Below, one piece after another: positions 47,993 to 62,300 of a stretch of 64,000 nt of DNA. A program made the translations under genes and the position numbers. This DNA is from Basidiobolus meristosporus CBS 931.73. Its lineage: Eukaryota > Fungi > Basidiobolomycota. Positions within the stretch are counted from its first letter, which is position 1. Each line of letters opens with the position of its first letter. The stretch is taken from contig MCFE01000304.1 in NCBI GenBank assembly GCA_002104905.1, forward strand, positions 1 through 64,000. Direction: 5' to 3'. A model generated the notes under the pieces. That model worked only from the letters and a program-made list of their open reading frames with translations, did no database searches and was not told the origin of the DNA.

Positions 47993-49602
47993 TTTCATAC
48001 ATTAAATGGATGTAAAAACTGCATTTTTGAGTGGAGAGCTCAAAGAGGATATATATATGGACCAGCCCAATGGGTTTATTGACCATGATAACCCCCATTT
48101 GGTCTAAAAGCAAAAAAAGTCTCTATATGGTCTCAAACAATCACCAAGAGCCTGGAATTGCACAATAGATTCTTATTTGGAATCTTGGTGTTTCAAAGGA
48201 GTAATGATGACTATTGTATATAGTATAAGCCAGATAGAGCAAATCCATTTCTATTGGCTCTATTTGTGGATATTCTTATTACAGCTGCCAATAATCCAGC
48301 AGCATTAGAAGTGACTAAATCTGGGCTATCTAAGGAGTTCAAGATGTCTGATCTAGGAGAGCTCAGTTTCTACTTAGGGATAAAGTTCTCCATAGACAGA
48401 AGTACCCAGACTATCACCCTAAGCCAATCCAAGTACATTCAAGAAATACTAAAGAAGTACTAAATGGAAGACTGTAAACCGGCAGCTACCCCAATGGAGA
48501 CAAACCTTTACTTGGTCAAACTCAACCAAATCAAGAGAGCTTGGTGCCATCTGAAAGCCCTGGCTTTCCTTATCACTCTGTGACTGTCAGTCAGATATAT
48601 ATCATGCTTGGAACATGTCCAGATGTCTCATATTCAGTGGGAGTTGTCAGCCAGCATAATCAGAACTACGGATCTGATCATATTACTGCAGTTAAGCAGA
48701 CTTTTAGATGCCTAAAAGGAACTGTTGATATCTGCTTAATATACACTTAAAGGATTCAGAACAGGATCTTGTGGGATGCTCTGATGCTGACTGGGGATAA
48801 AATTTGGAAGACACAAGATCCAACACACAACACACCTTTCTTTACTGTAAAGGAGCAAATACATGGAATTCAACAAAGCAACCAACCATAGTACTTTCTA
48901 TCACAGAGGCAGATTATATGGCAGCCTGTGAAAATACAACAGAAGCAATGTGGTTAAGAAAGCTTTATACAAATTTAGGCCTATGCCAAAAAACACCTAT
49001 TACTTTATTTCAAGAAAATCAGGGATTTATACAATGAGGTAGAAATCCAACTTTTCATGCTAGAACCAAGCACATAGATATTAGACATTATTTCATATGT
49101 GAAGCTATAGAGAATAGCTTGGTTAGCTTAGTTTACCGTCCTTCAGATGAAATGATTGCAGAGAGATTTACCAAATTATTAGCTAGAGACAAGTTTGAAT
49201 ATCTTAGGTCAAAATTGGGACTAGTTGGTATGAACATTAAGCTGAGTGGAAGTGTTGTAAAAGTTTGTAATTCCACCTAGATATTCACCTAACTTAGTCA
49301 CCTAGATCATTACCTTCAGATCCAAGGGAATACTGACCAAATTCCTTGTTGGGATTTACTTGGAATATTTACACCAGAATACCAGGTACCCAGAACTTGA
49401 AAATTCTCAAAGTTGTCCAAACAGCCCCAAACTTTGCACACATGTTCTTTGGATCTCTCTTAGCCTACTCTACATGTTTGTAATGCCATGACTATGTAAA
49501 ACTATAAGTACCACTGTTACATTCAATTTATCATTAAGTGAAAACCACATAATCTACTTGTCCTCCCAAATCACTTCCAATATCATCAAGACTCTTACAA
49601 CA
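47993..49602 (+). mobile_element. Copia C2, 3' part (RT-RNase H) with 3' LTR 49253-49602
   Basis: Resumes exactly where C2 was interrupted at 39103; PPT and LTR present. Confidence 0.88.
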
Positions 49603-49893
49603 AGACTGCCATTCAAGAGCTCTGGGTCAGCTAAAACTAAGCAGAAACTAGATCTAACTTACTCATATCTGTATGTACCTATGCAACACTTATCTTCAGG
49701 TGAATTAAAGTATTCAATTACATTGATTGATGAATATGCAAGATACTGGTGCGTCTGCTTCATGGAGAGAAAGGAAGTAGCACTGTCGATGCTCAAGGAG
49801 CTTAAAGCAATGGTGGAGAGAGAAACTGGTGGAACACTTAGTCAAATTACCAATCAACCACAAATCAATTGGATGCAAATGGGTCTTCAAGAC
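49603..49893 (+). mobile_element. Copia fragment C4 (integrase remnant with an internal deletion to RT)
   Basis: Homologous to C1 34045-34270, then jumps to the RT start. Confidence 0.7.
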
Positions 49894-50068
49894 TGAGTAC
49901 ATCACTGATAGAACAATTGAACCCTAAGAGAAAAGAATTATGAAAAGGCCAACAAAATTCCATCACAATATCAACTGAATTCCAAATTTCTTGAAATTGA
50001 CTGCTCTCAATATCTCTGTTGATAGCTGATGGACAGGCAAGCAAACATGTTCATTAGGAGGAGACTAT

Positions 50069-53000
50069 TATCAAAGATCAGCTAATTTCTGGAGTAAAAA
50101 TTGATCCTCCAGCTAATTTGGAGCACTGTGAAGCCCAAATATATGGGAAACAAGCCAGATAATCATTCAAGAGCTCTGGGCTAATCAAAACTAAGAGAAA
50201 CTTAGATCTAAATCACTCAGTCCTGTGTGTACCTATGCAAAATTTATCCTTAGGTGGGATGAAGTATTTAATCACTTTTATTGATGATTATTCAAGATAC
50301 ACATGGGTCTACTTCATGGAGAGAAAGGAAGAAGCTCTGTCTAAGTTCAGGGAGTTTAAAGCCATGGTGGAGAGCAAAACTGGTGAAAAAATCAAGAAAA
50401 TACGCTCTGACAATGGTGGAAAAAATACCTTAAAACTCATCATCCACTTCTGTAAAATTCATAGGATAAAGCAAGAGACTACTGTACCATACTCCCTACA
50501 GCAAAATGGAGTTGCAGAATGTGCTAACAGATCAATAACTGATATGGCAAGATCTTTGATCCATGATCAAAAATTATCCTATGATTTTTGGGCAAAATCA
50601 GTTGCCACTGTTGTATAACTTAAAAATAGGAGTTATAACAGAATACTGTGTGATTCTACACCATTTGAAGCATGGTATGGAAACAGACCAAGTGCAGAAC
50701 ATCTAAGAATATGTGGGTGTACAGCATATGCCAAGATACTGCCTGGAAATGTGTCAAAATTTGAGCAAAAATGTGTAAAATGCATATTTTTGGGCTACTG
50801 CAATGAGAGTAAAGCATACAGACTCTACAATACCAAAGCAAAGAAGCTAATCAAGTTCAGGGATGTGTTGTTAGATGATAATTCAATGTTTTCACAAGAA
50901 ATGACATCAGATGATGACAAAAATCTGATCTCAAATCCACCAATTATCAGGATTGAGTCAGAGCAAATAATGATAATCTCTTCACTCCAGAGGACTCTAC
51001 AACCATGGTTCAGCCCGAATCAGTGCCCAGGAATTTCCCAGAAGTGATCATTCCATTATCAAATGCCTGGAGATCCAATTGGACAAGAAATCACACAAAT
51101 TACTATATCAATGAGGGCACAAACTTAGCCTATGCCTAATCAGTCCATATTGATGAACCCCAGACTGTAAAACAGGCCCTGTGTGGCCCTCAGACAAAGT
51201 TTTGGAGATCTGCAATGACTGATGAATATCAGGCCCTGATGGAAAATCAAACTTGGGACTTTGTCAAATTACCAATCAACCAAAAATCAATTGGATGCAG
51301 ATTGGTCCTCAAGACAAAATACAAGGCTGATGGTACAGTTGAAAGATGCAAAGCAAGACTTGTAGCCAAATGATACTCCCAAACAAAAGGACCTGACTAT
51401 GCTGAGACCTCTGCACTGTTAGCCAAGTTTAATTCCATCAGATTAATATTGGCTATTGCAGCCAAATATAAGTTTTTTATTCATCAAATGGATGTAAAAG
51501 CTGCATTTTGGAATGGAGAACTTGATAAAGACCTGTATATGGACCAGCCTGATGGGTTTATTGACCAAAATAACCCCCATTTGGTCTGCAAGCTTAAAAA
51601 GTCACTATATGGTCTCAAACAATCACCAAGAGCCTGGAATTGCAAGATATATTTTTATTTGGAATATTTGAGTTTCAAAAGGAGTAATGCTGACTATAGT
51701 ATATACTATAAGGCAGATAGAGCAAATCCAGTGCTATTAGCTCTATATGTGGATGATCTTATTATAGCCATCAATAACCTAGAAAATTGGAAGAGACTAA
51801 ATCCAGCCTATTTAAGGAGTTCAAGATGTTCAATCAAGGTGAACTTAATTAATACTTAGGGATTAAGTACTCCATAGACAGAGGTACCCAGACTATCACC
51901 CTAAGCCAGTCAAGTATATTCAAGATATACTAAAGAAGTACCAAACAGAAGACTGTAAGCCGCAGCTACCCAATAGAGACAAACCTTAACTTGGTCAAAA
52001 CTCAACCAAATCAGGAGAGCTTGGTGCCATCTGAAAGCCCTGATTTTCCTTATCAGTCTATGACTAGCAGTCTGATGTCTATCAAGCTTGGAACACGTCC
52101 AGATGTCTCATATTCAGTGGCGGTTGTCCGCCAGAATAATCAGAACTATGGATCTGATCATATTGCAGTAGTTAAGCGGATTTTTAGATACCTAAAAGGA
52201 GCTGCTGACATCTGCTTAAGATACACTTATAAGAACTCAGACCAGGATCTTGTGGGATACTCTGATGCTAATTGGGGATGAAACTTGGAAGACAGAAGAT
52301 CCACCACAGGATACACCTTTCTTTACTGTAAAGGAGCAATTTCATGGAATTCAAGAAAGAAACCACTGTAGAACTTTCTACCACAGAGGCAGAGTACATG
52401 GCAGCCTGTGAAGCTACAAAAGAAGCAATGTGGTCAAGAGAGCTTTTAACAGACTTAGGCCTATGTCAAAAAACACCTATTACTTTATTTCAAGATAATC
52501 AAGGATGTATACAATTAGGTAGATATCCAACTTTTCATGCTAGAACCAAGCACATAGATATTAGACATCATTTTGTATGTGAAGCTATAGAGAATAATTT
52601 AGTTAGCTTAGTTTACTGTCCTTCAGATGAAATGATTGCAGATATATTTATCAAACCATAAGCTAGAGACAAGTTTGAATATCTTAGGTCAAAATTAGGA
52701 ATAGTCAGTATGAACATTTAGCTGAGTGGGAGTGTTGTAAAAGCTTGTAATTCCACCTAAATATTCACCTAACTTAGTCACCTAGATCATTACCTTCAAA
52801 TCCTAGAGAATACTGACCAAATTCCTTGTTGGTATTTACTTTGAATGTTTTCACCAAAATACCAGGTACCTAGAACATGAAAATTCTCAAAGTTGTCCAA
52901 ACAGCCCCAAACTCTGCACATATGCTCTTGGGACCTTTTGTAATCTATTCTATGTGTTTGTAATGCCAGACCAGGTAAAAGTATAAATACTACTTTTACA

Positions 53001-53080
53001 TTCAATAAATCATTAAGTGATAATCATATAATCAAATTGTTCTCCCAATCACTTCCAACATCTCCAAGACTCTTACAACA
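50069..53080 (+). mobile_element. Degenerate copia C5 (IN-RT-RH) with 3' LTR 52733-53080; followed by a short fragment of another copy (C6, 53081-53170)
   Basis: Colinear with C1 33955-36973; LTR followed by catat tgctttgg from the protease/integrase linker of another copy. Confidence 0.88.
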
Positions 53081-53199
53081 CATATTGCTTTGGGTATCAG
53101 ATATCAGAAATTGTATACAATGACTTATATTCCATCATATCTGGAAGCCAATATAAGTAACCCCTATGAAAGATAAGTTGGTCCTGCTGGTGGATCCAA

Positions 53200-54880
53200 C
53201 CTGGATCAGCCACCAGGATCCTGTTTGAAGACCACCATAATACCAGCAGCTTGGAATTAGTGAATATCCTGACAGTATTATGGTAGGATCACAACAGCAT
53301 TTTGCTAATTTTACTGCCACATAAATTTATAAAACTTGACAGGGTTTGGTTGGTGCTGTGTCAATAATTTCATGGCATTGTTATGGTCTTAACATGCTCT
53401 ACAACTATTCAAGTTAATCTAACCAGCCAGTACATCCAATTGCCTTATATGGCAAGAAATTTGACTGTATTCTGATAGCCTTATTGCAAGCCTCTGATGG
53501 CATTATCATGGTGGTATGGCAGCCTACAGCTAGTTCTGCATAGTGCTACCGTACCAATTTACCAAATGGTATTTCATTTTCTACATCCCCTTATGCAATT
53601 TGCCCTCTTTATTTTCTTACCCACTACTACTTTGGGTATTCCACATGTAGTTCAAACCAAAAAAGCTATGGCCTCCTACTTACTAACCTCTACAAACATG
53701 CACACCTGCTGCAATTGACATACTTCTATCACCTCAACTTTAGAGCTTTTTAGTGTGATACTTGCAAAGTTGCCATATACCTTGTACTGCTGGTCACATA
53801 TACATCTTGCAAACATATGCTTGCTTGCCACCACTGCTGCCATGAATACCTCCTGAATATCTACAAAGAACTTTTCAGTATTTAGCCAATATATTCCTTC
53901 TCCCTGCTGGATTCTAGTCCCACTTATAGGTGCACTCTGGCTCTTGTTTGTGTGAGTTCTGTATTGAATGGTGTAGAAGTTGGCTTGTGACCAAGAGAAG
54001 TCAAGCATACCTTGGTAGTGGTTTCCTAATAAAAGTTATTGGCTTGTTACACCTAACCCAGCTTTGCATTACTTAACTGATTACCCACACATTGGGGCTG
54101 CTTAGCTTCTTAATGCCATAGGCATAGGTGTCTCCATGTGAACATCTGTCCCCCGTATTTTCAACTCTTCCTGGCTGTCCTCCATGTGCCAGCTAATCAC
54201 ATCCACAACAGACTTGATAGTAATATTCTTGATGAGATTGGGATATGCTAGTACCTGCAACTTGACTTGTCTTCCTATCTCCCATACATTGGCTCCATAG
54301 GAAACTCCCACAAGGCAAACAAAGGCCCAAATTCTCCACACACCAAGCAAGATGGAGTAGAGAATGGATACAGTAGTGACAGAGATCCGTATGTTCAGCT
54401 TTGTGTTAATAGTATAGCTGCTCAAATCCTGCTACAAACTCCTTGCACAACAGCTGTAGATGTGTCAAGTTGTCATTGGTGATCTGCTTCTGGATAAATA
54501 TTCCTACAATGTGTGCATATGACTCCCAATGCTTCCAGTACTCTTGGTGGGAATGGCTACAGAACACCACATGTATAAATACATACCTTGTACATCCAGT
54601 CTTTGCCTTGTATTGATTCATATGCGTATGAATATTGATTGAAGCCTGTGCAAAGTACTTAGGGTAGTGGATACTATGTAATATCTTGCCAATCCTGTCA
54701 GATTTCTCCAGTATCTTGAAGGGCTCATTTAGCTTGAAATGCCCCATGTACAACTTGGTCATCAGTATAGGGATATTGTTGAAAAGCAAATGTATTGCTC
54801 CCATTGGAATGCTTTTGCTCCAACAGATGCCCTCTATCTTAAGTACATCTGGCTTCTAATTGATTCCATATTCCAGCCAA
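53200..54880 (-). pseudogene. Decayed CACTA/EnSpm (CMC)-like transposase
   Basis: Fragments YWKHWESYAHIVGIFIQKQITNDNLTHLQLLCKEFVAGFEQLYY and (frameshifted) LHLAWCVENLG...GRQVK..YPNL resemble the Tnp2/DUF4218 region; no termini found. Confidence 0.55.
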
Positions 54881-57800
54881 TGGCTTATACCTTGAGAAAC
54901 TGCTGAAAATCAAGAAAATATGCTGTGACAATTTTTATGAGTGTACCTCAAAGCTCTTCATTCAATTCTGTAAAATTCATTGCATAATGCAAGGAGCTAT
55001 TGTACCATACTCCCCACAGCAAAAAGAAGTAGCAGAAAATGTAAACAGAGTAGTAACTGAGTTTTCCTAGATTGGACATCTTGAACTCTTTAGATAGGCT
55101 GAATTTAGTTGCTTCCAATGTTTCTAGGTTATTTGCAGCTATAATAAGATCATCCACATATAGAGCTAATAGAGCTGAATATGCTCTTTCTAGCTTTTAG
55201 TATGTACTAATGTATGCATTACTCCTTTTGAAACTCAAAGATTCCAAATAAGAATATATATTGCAATTCCAGACTTTACATGATTGTTTGAGTTCATACA
55301 GTGATTTTTTTGGCTTGCAGACCAAATGAGGGCCATCTTGGTCAGCTAACTCACTAGATGGATCTTTATACACATCCCCATCAAGTTCTCCATTGAAATA
55401 TAGAGTTTTATTTCAATTTGATAAATGAAAGGTTATATTTGGCTGTAATAGCCAATTTTAATATGATGAAATTGAACTTGGCTACTGGTGCAAAGGTCTC
55501 AATATAGTCAGGTCCTTTTGTTTGAAGTATCACTTTGGCCACAAATCTTGCTTGGCATCTTTCAATTGTACCATCAGCCTTGCATTTTGTCTCAAAGACC
55601 CCTGTGCATCCTATTGATTTTTGGTTGATTGGTAACTTGGCTAAGTCCCAAGTCTGATTTTCCATTACAGCCCAATATTTGTTAGCCATTACAGATCTCC
55701 AAGACTTTGTCTGAGGGCAACGCAGGGCCTGTTTTACAGTCTGGGGCTCATCTATATGGACTGAATAGGCATACATTAAGTTTGTATCTTTAATGATGTA
55801 GTAATTTGGGCTATATATTATTGGGTTGGATCTCCAGGCATTGAATACTGGAACAATCACTACTAGGATATTCCTGGGCAGTGATTCAGGCTGAGCGATT
55901 GCTGTATAGTCCTCTGGAGTGAAAAAGCTTTCATAGCTTTGCCCTGATTCAATCCTGATAATTGGTGGATTTGTGATCAGATATTTGTCATCATCTGATG
56001 TCTTTTTGTGAACATTCTGCATTTTCATCCAACAACACATACCTGGGCTTGAGTAGCTTCTTTGCTTTGGTATTATAGAGCTTTTATGCTTTACTCTCAG
56101 TGCAGCAGCCCAACAATATGCATTTCTAACTTCTTGGCTCAAATTTTGACTGATTTCTGGGCACTCTCTTTGCATATGCTGTACACCCAAATATTTTTAG
56201 ATGTTCCACACTTAGTCTGAATCCACACCATGCTTCAAGTGGAGTAGAATCACAAGGTATTCTACTATAACTTTGGTTTTAAGGTATACAGCTGTGGCCA
56301 CTGACCCTGCCCAAAAACTATAGGAGCATTTTGATCACAGATCATAGATTTTTCTATATCGATTATTGATCTATTTGCATGTTCTGCTACTCCATTTTGC
56401 TATGGGGAGTATGGTACAGTGGTCCCTTGCATTATGCCATGAATTTTACAGAAGTGGATAAAGAGTTTTGAGGTACATTTTTACCATTGTCAGTGCATAT
56501 TTTCTTGATTTTTCAGCAGTTTCCCTCTCCACCATTACTTAAACTCCTGGAAGTTAGACAGAGCTTCTTTCTTTCTCTCCATGAAGTAGATCTGCATATA
56601 CCTTGCATAATAATTAGCAAAAGCGATTAAATATTTCATCCCATCTAGCAATATGTTTTGCATATCTCCACACAGATCTGAGTGAATTAGATCTAACTTT
56701 TTCTTAGCTTTGATTAACACAGTGCTCTTGAATGACTGTCAGGCTTGTTTCTTATATATACAGGCTTCACAATGCTCCAAACCAGCTGGGGGATCAGTTT
56801 TTACTCTGGAAATATACTGATTTTTGATCATTTTGTGCAAATAAGCAAGATTGATGTGTCCCAATCTCCTGTTCCAAAGCATTGTAGTTTCTACATTCAA
56901 GTTACTTATATTGACCTTCAGATATGAAGGAACAAGTTAAATTATACAGATTCTGATCTGGGATAACCAAAGTAATATGAGCAGCATTTTTATCAGTGAT
57001 CCTGCATGCAGAATTGTCAAAGCTGAAACTGAGTTCTTGTTCTCTGGCCATGTTGACAGGCAGCAGGTTCTTGGCTATTTCTGGCACACAGAGTACTTCT
57101 TCAAAGGTCAGTAAGTAGCTCTCTTCACTATTTCTAAGGTTTGCTTGGAAAGGCCCTTCTCCCACTGCATATAGTGTTCTATTGTTACCCATGGGAACCT
57201 GGATAATTGAATTTCTTAATATTTAGTAAAAAGATCCTTTTGGTGTATAAAGTGTTGGTGCTCCCAAGTCAATATTCCACACTTGAGAATTCTTGTTTGT
57301 GGTCATATTTAGTGCAGATATGAATAGTTTATCTTCACTTGTTGCAGCATATCCATATTCAGGCTTTTGCTGCTGACTGTATCACTTTTTCAAGCACCAG
57401 CCTGATGTGTGTCCTTTCCTTTTGCAGTAGTTGTAAAACAGGTTTCTATTGCCCCTAAAAGCTCTTAGGTATCTCCTTTGTTGGTTATAATTGCTGTTAC
57501 AGCATTTTCTTCACCCGTCTTATTGGTGCTTGATTTTCTTAATTCTTTATTCAGGAGCCATCTATATACATAATTCAAGGTTAAATCTTCAGTTCTGGAC
57601 TCTAGAGCTGATACAAGGCCCTGAAACCTGTCTGTCAGGTTATTCAGGATGGTCACTATCACATCCTCATCAGTAGTTGCTACTCCCTCAAATTCCATCT
57701 CAACTACCTGCAGGTTAATTCTGTTAACTAAATTTTCATTTCTTCTCCTGGCAGCATATTTGTAGTAAATAGTATTTGTCCAAGATATATTTTCAAGGCA

Positions 57801-57942
57801 GTTGAATATGACTGGTGGATGTCTTCTACTATCTTCCAGGCATACTTTACAGTTTTTGCACTTGAGCATTGGATTAGCAATTGGTCTTTGACATTACAGC
57901 AAATGCATTTGGAGGCACTCTGTTCTTTCTTCTGGTACTTTG

Positions 57943-58290
57943 TGTTGTAAGAGTTGTGGAGATTTTGGAAGTGATTTGGAGGACAAGTATACTTTGTGGT
58001 TTTTACTTATTGATATATTGAATGCAAGAGCAGTATTTATACTTTTACTTGGTCTTGGCATTAAAAACACATTAAATTGGCTTAGACAGGTCCCAAGAAC
58101 ATGTGTACAAAGTTTGGGGCTGTTTGGACAACTTTAAGAATTTTCATGTTCTGGGTACTTGGTATTTTGGTGAAATATTCTAAGTAAATCCCAACAAAGA
58201 ATTTGGTCAGTATCCTCAAGGATTTGAAGGTAATGATCTAAGTGACTAAGTTAGATGAATATTTTGGTGGAATTACAAATTTTTACAACA
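57943..58290 (-). mobile_element. Solo copia LTR (family A) inside the gag of C7
   Basis: 348 bp; flanks ctttg/cttta (5-bp TSD, 1 mismatch); host gag rejoins. Confidence 0.85.
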
Positions 58291-58727
58291 CTTTAACGCT
58301 TCCTCTCCCATGCCTTCAGGTGGGCAATCTTATCCCAAGAAAATATCCCAAATGCCTCTTTCTTGTAGCAGCATTGTCATCTTCCCCTTCTAGACCCGGT
58401 AGTTAGATCCATCCAGCTTTTCAGCAGAGGGGAAAGTTCCAGTAATAGCAGCAGCAGCTATTGAAGAGAGTGACAGCCTGGGGCTCATAATCTGTAGTCA
58501 GAATCTTGGAGATATTGGAAGTGATTGGCAGAGCTGGTAGATTATGTGGTTTTCACATAATGTTATATTGAATGTAAAAGTAGTATTTATACTTTTACAT
58601 GGTCTTGGCATAAGAAACACATCAGATTGGCTTAGACAGGTCCCAAGAACAAGTGTGCAAGGTTTGAGGCTGTTTGGACAACTTTGAGAATTTTGATGTT
58701 CTAGGTACCCAACATTTGGTAAAAATA

Positions 58728-59096
58728 TGTTATGATCTGCCACTTGAATGTTTAAGTTAGCTCAGTTTTTAGTCAAATCAATTAGTTATATGTTTAGGTT
58801 ATCAGTATATTAGTATCATCTATCAAATCAGTTGCCTTAGTCAGAAAATGAATCAGCAGATCCTTATCATATAGAAATAGATATATCAGGTAGGATCTTA
58901 TTGGGTGATGATGATGCAATCAAACGAGTCATCAGCCACAGCCTACATTAGGAAATACTATTAGTCAGCAATTGATCTGGCAAAATGTATATAAGGTGCT
59001 ACTGGAATCTCAATAAAGATCAGTTCAAGTTTTAGTGAATACAATACTAGCTAAACTTCCTATTCCTCTACAACTCTTATACCAAGACTTGTAACA
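58728..59096 (+). mobile_element. Solo LTR, family B (369 bp), inside the 5' LTR of C7
   Basis: TGTTAT...GTAACA termini; TATA-like and AATAAA motifs; aata/agta 4-bp TSD; homologous to 60149-60517. Confidence 0.8.
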
Positions 59097-59314
59097 AGTA
59101 TTCCAAGTAAATCCCAGGTACTTGATATTTTGGTATAATATTCCAAGTAAATCCCAACAAGGATTTTGGTCAGTATTCTCCAGGATTTGGTGGTAATGAT
59201 CTAAGTGACCAAGTTGGGTGAATACTTAGGTGGAATAACCAATTTTTACAACAAAGATTAGGACTAGTCAGTATGAAAGTTTAATTGAGTGGGAGTGTTG
59301 TAAGAGTTTATAAT

Positions 59315-62300
59315 GTAGCACAATGAGGCTGGCATGATTGATTGTACCAACTTGTAATGCTTGCACCACATGTGCAATTGGATACCACCATTGTGGTAGG
59401 TAAAATCAGGTATTTGGATAGGTTTCATTAATATAAATGTATATAAATGAGTAATATATTTACCATTTTGGTTACCATCACTCCAATTGGACAGTTTGTC
59501 AATAGTTGATTATTGTAAAGGTATTCTGAAACTGTTAGCCCCCCATTGGCCCATCAAGCAATACATAAGCTACCTGATTTGCCATCCAATATCCCATTTT
59601 GCCCATTGAGCAAGCAGATCCCTGATCTTATTGACTGGGTAAGGTGTCAATGCAAGCATGCAACCAATTGTGTAGGTACAAATCAGATCAAATAGCTGCA
59701 ATAGTGTTACAGATCATGTATATATATGCAGGATGTTTATTACAGGGGCCCTGTCTTGATTGTGAGACAACCTTAATATTACATACACCAAAAATTTAGT
59801 GATTCCTTACATGCAATGGCTCAAATTGAAATGCAAAATAATGCATTGTTTGGATCATGACAAATGGTAACAATTCAATGCAATTGCATCATCTTCTGCT
59901 AGGCTTTTTTCTCACAGGGATCACTACCAGAGCATTTAGTAGTGATTCACTTTTCACACCCAAACTACTTCCTTGTTGACTATCATTGTGGCTACTTGTA
60001 TACTTGTAGTCAGTATCTTGCCTCCCAGTCAATGTTTGCAGTGCTGAAGCTTGGCCATGCTGATTGCTCCAGATGATATATCAGAACCAGCCTGAAGTGC
60101 CACATGCTGACATGTGCTTTACCTTACCAAAGGCTCCAGTGGTGGAGGTGTTACAAGTCTTGGTATAAGAGTTGTAGAGGAATAAGGAGTTTAGCTAGTA
60201 TTGTATTCACCAAAACCTGAACTGATTTTTATTGAGGTTCCCACCGCTCCTTATATACATTTTGCCAGATCAAGTGCTAACTAATTATATCCCCTAACGT
60301 AGATTATGGCTGATGACTCATTTGATTGCATCATCATCACTCAATAAGATCTTACTTAATACATTTATTCCTGTCTGATAAGGATCTGCATATTTATTTG
60401 CTGATTAATGCTACCGATTTGAAAGATAACACTGATATACTGATAGGCTAAACATATAACCAGTTGATTTGACTAAAAACTGATCAAACTTAAACATTGA
60501 AATGGTAGATCATAACAGAAGCACTTCATGTGGGTCATTGTCAGTCAGCTCACTGTAAGTGACTTGCGGATGGTCAGGTAAAATGGCATACTCTGGCACA
60601 ACTATATGTGCTGGCTTAGCCATTAGCTGCATTTGACATGATGTAGCATGTTGATGCAACTTGGTCTGCTCCAATGGACTCTTGGCTAAATAAGCAGCTT
60701 TGCAAGCTCTGGTAGCTTTGCTCTGAAGCATTTGCATTGATCTAATGTGTGTAGACACAACAAGGGGCACTCTTGTGAGGGGTGTTTGTATAGATTGGGC
60801 TGATGTGGGCAAGTACACTGGTGTTGCAGGGGAAGGTAAGGAGTCAAGCAAGGTGTGCTGGTGCAATCTGGGTGCAGTTGCTTGCAGTCAGTATTCTTCC
60901 TTGTGAAGCTCACCTTCTAATTCCCCAAGGTATTGACTCACCCTCTGTCTGATACTTTGGAACTGTTGCCTTGATGAGCCCTGTATATATTGCTCTTGAA
61001 AGCCACTTAGCTCTACTCATATATCACATAGCTCATTAGTCACATGAGGCAAAAGCTCATTCAATATCTCTTTGGTTCCCAAAGTTGAGGCACAGACAGA
61101 TGCATCCAGCCTGTACTATGCAAGTTGCAAGCAGAACTGTTTGCACATGGCTTCCTCATCAAATCTCTTCTCTCTGAGCTCTTTCTTGATTTCATTATTT
61201 ATAGTGTTGTATAGCTTCTTGGATATATCTGCTGACATCTTGATATAGAACTCAGACCACAGCTTTCTACCCAGATTCTTCCATCTCTGTCAACTCTCTG
61301 AGTTATCCAGTTCTATTAGATTAATGAGTAGTGCCCAAATGTCTGTATGAAGCCTCATCATAGCGTCTTGTTCCATGCTAGAGTCATTTGGCAAGAATTC
61401 AAATGGATCCAACATTGACTTTATTAGCCCAGACTGCACTTGCAAGCTGGGGGATGGGTTTTGTATTGGTTGTACTAAAGATGAGTTGAGACTTGGCATA
61501 GGAATCAAAGTGACAATTGAATACTAATACAGTAATATCTTGGCATCAACCTGGCCTTATATGAAATTTATATGAAAACTAAAGTGATTGTTGAACTTTC
61601 CATACATTATGCATGATGCATCTTGGATTGCATTAACACTGATCAGAACATATCAGTTGCAGATTTCCTATCTGATTATAGACCTGTGGGTATATCATCA
61701 ATGAAATCACCAAGTCATTGTTTAAGGATTATCTTGCAAAATGATGATGGAATTCATGGCAATTGATGCAAACTTAATCATAGTGCATGGAAAATTGGGT
61801 AAATTAAGCTAATTGTGCTGAATCAATTCATATCACCTCTACTTGATTCTATATCAGTTTTGATATAGCTTACTCTTCTGAGTGGCCTTCTCTCCTCTAT
61901 CCCATCACTAGCCCCTGATTTCCTGTTGACACATTAAAGGTGATCTATATCAAGTACTGTGGACCACCTACCCCAATCTACTGAAGGAGATCCCTTACTA
62001 AGCTTTTTTGCTATCACAAAAACTATTGCCCTACAGGTTTCACCTCCCCCATCCAAAGTAACAATAGTCCTAGAGCTTTCATTTCCAGCTGACAGCAATG
62101 GAGAACCACCTTGCAGTGGGTATGAATGACATAAAGCAAGCTTGCATTACTAGGTTCAGAAGCTCCAATATACTTCAATATCCCAAAGTGCTCAGCAATA
62201 GGTTCCATATCACAAGCATTTTGGATACCTCCAAGTCAGGAATAACAGACCTTCTTGAGGGCAGATGCAGCTTTATTGCAGCATATGCAAGGCACACTTT

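Larger units (their letters stand above)
55040..59253 (-). mobile_element. Degenerate, 3'-truncated copia C7 with 5' LTR 58493-59253 (interrupted)
   Basis: gag/PR/IN/RT fragments (ORFs 57465-57869, 56902-57192, 55408-56190); PBS GATTATGAGCCCC at 58480-58492. Confidence 0.85.

Noticed and set aside
32289-59253. Repeated ~349-bp units as a CRISPR or satellite array
   Set aside because: They are TG...CA LTRs with PBS/PPT and TSDs, irregularly spaced and in both orientations.
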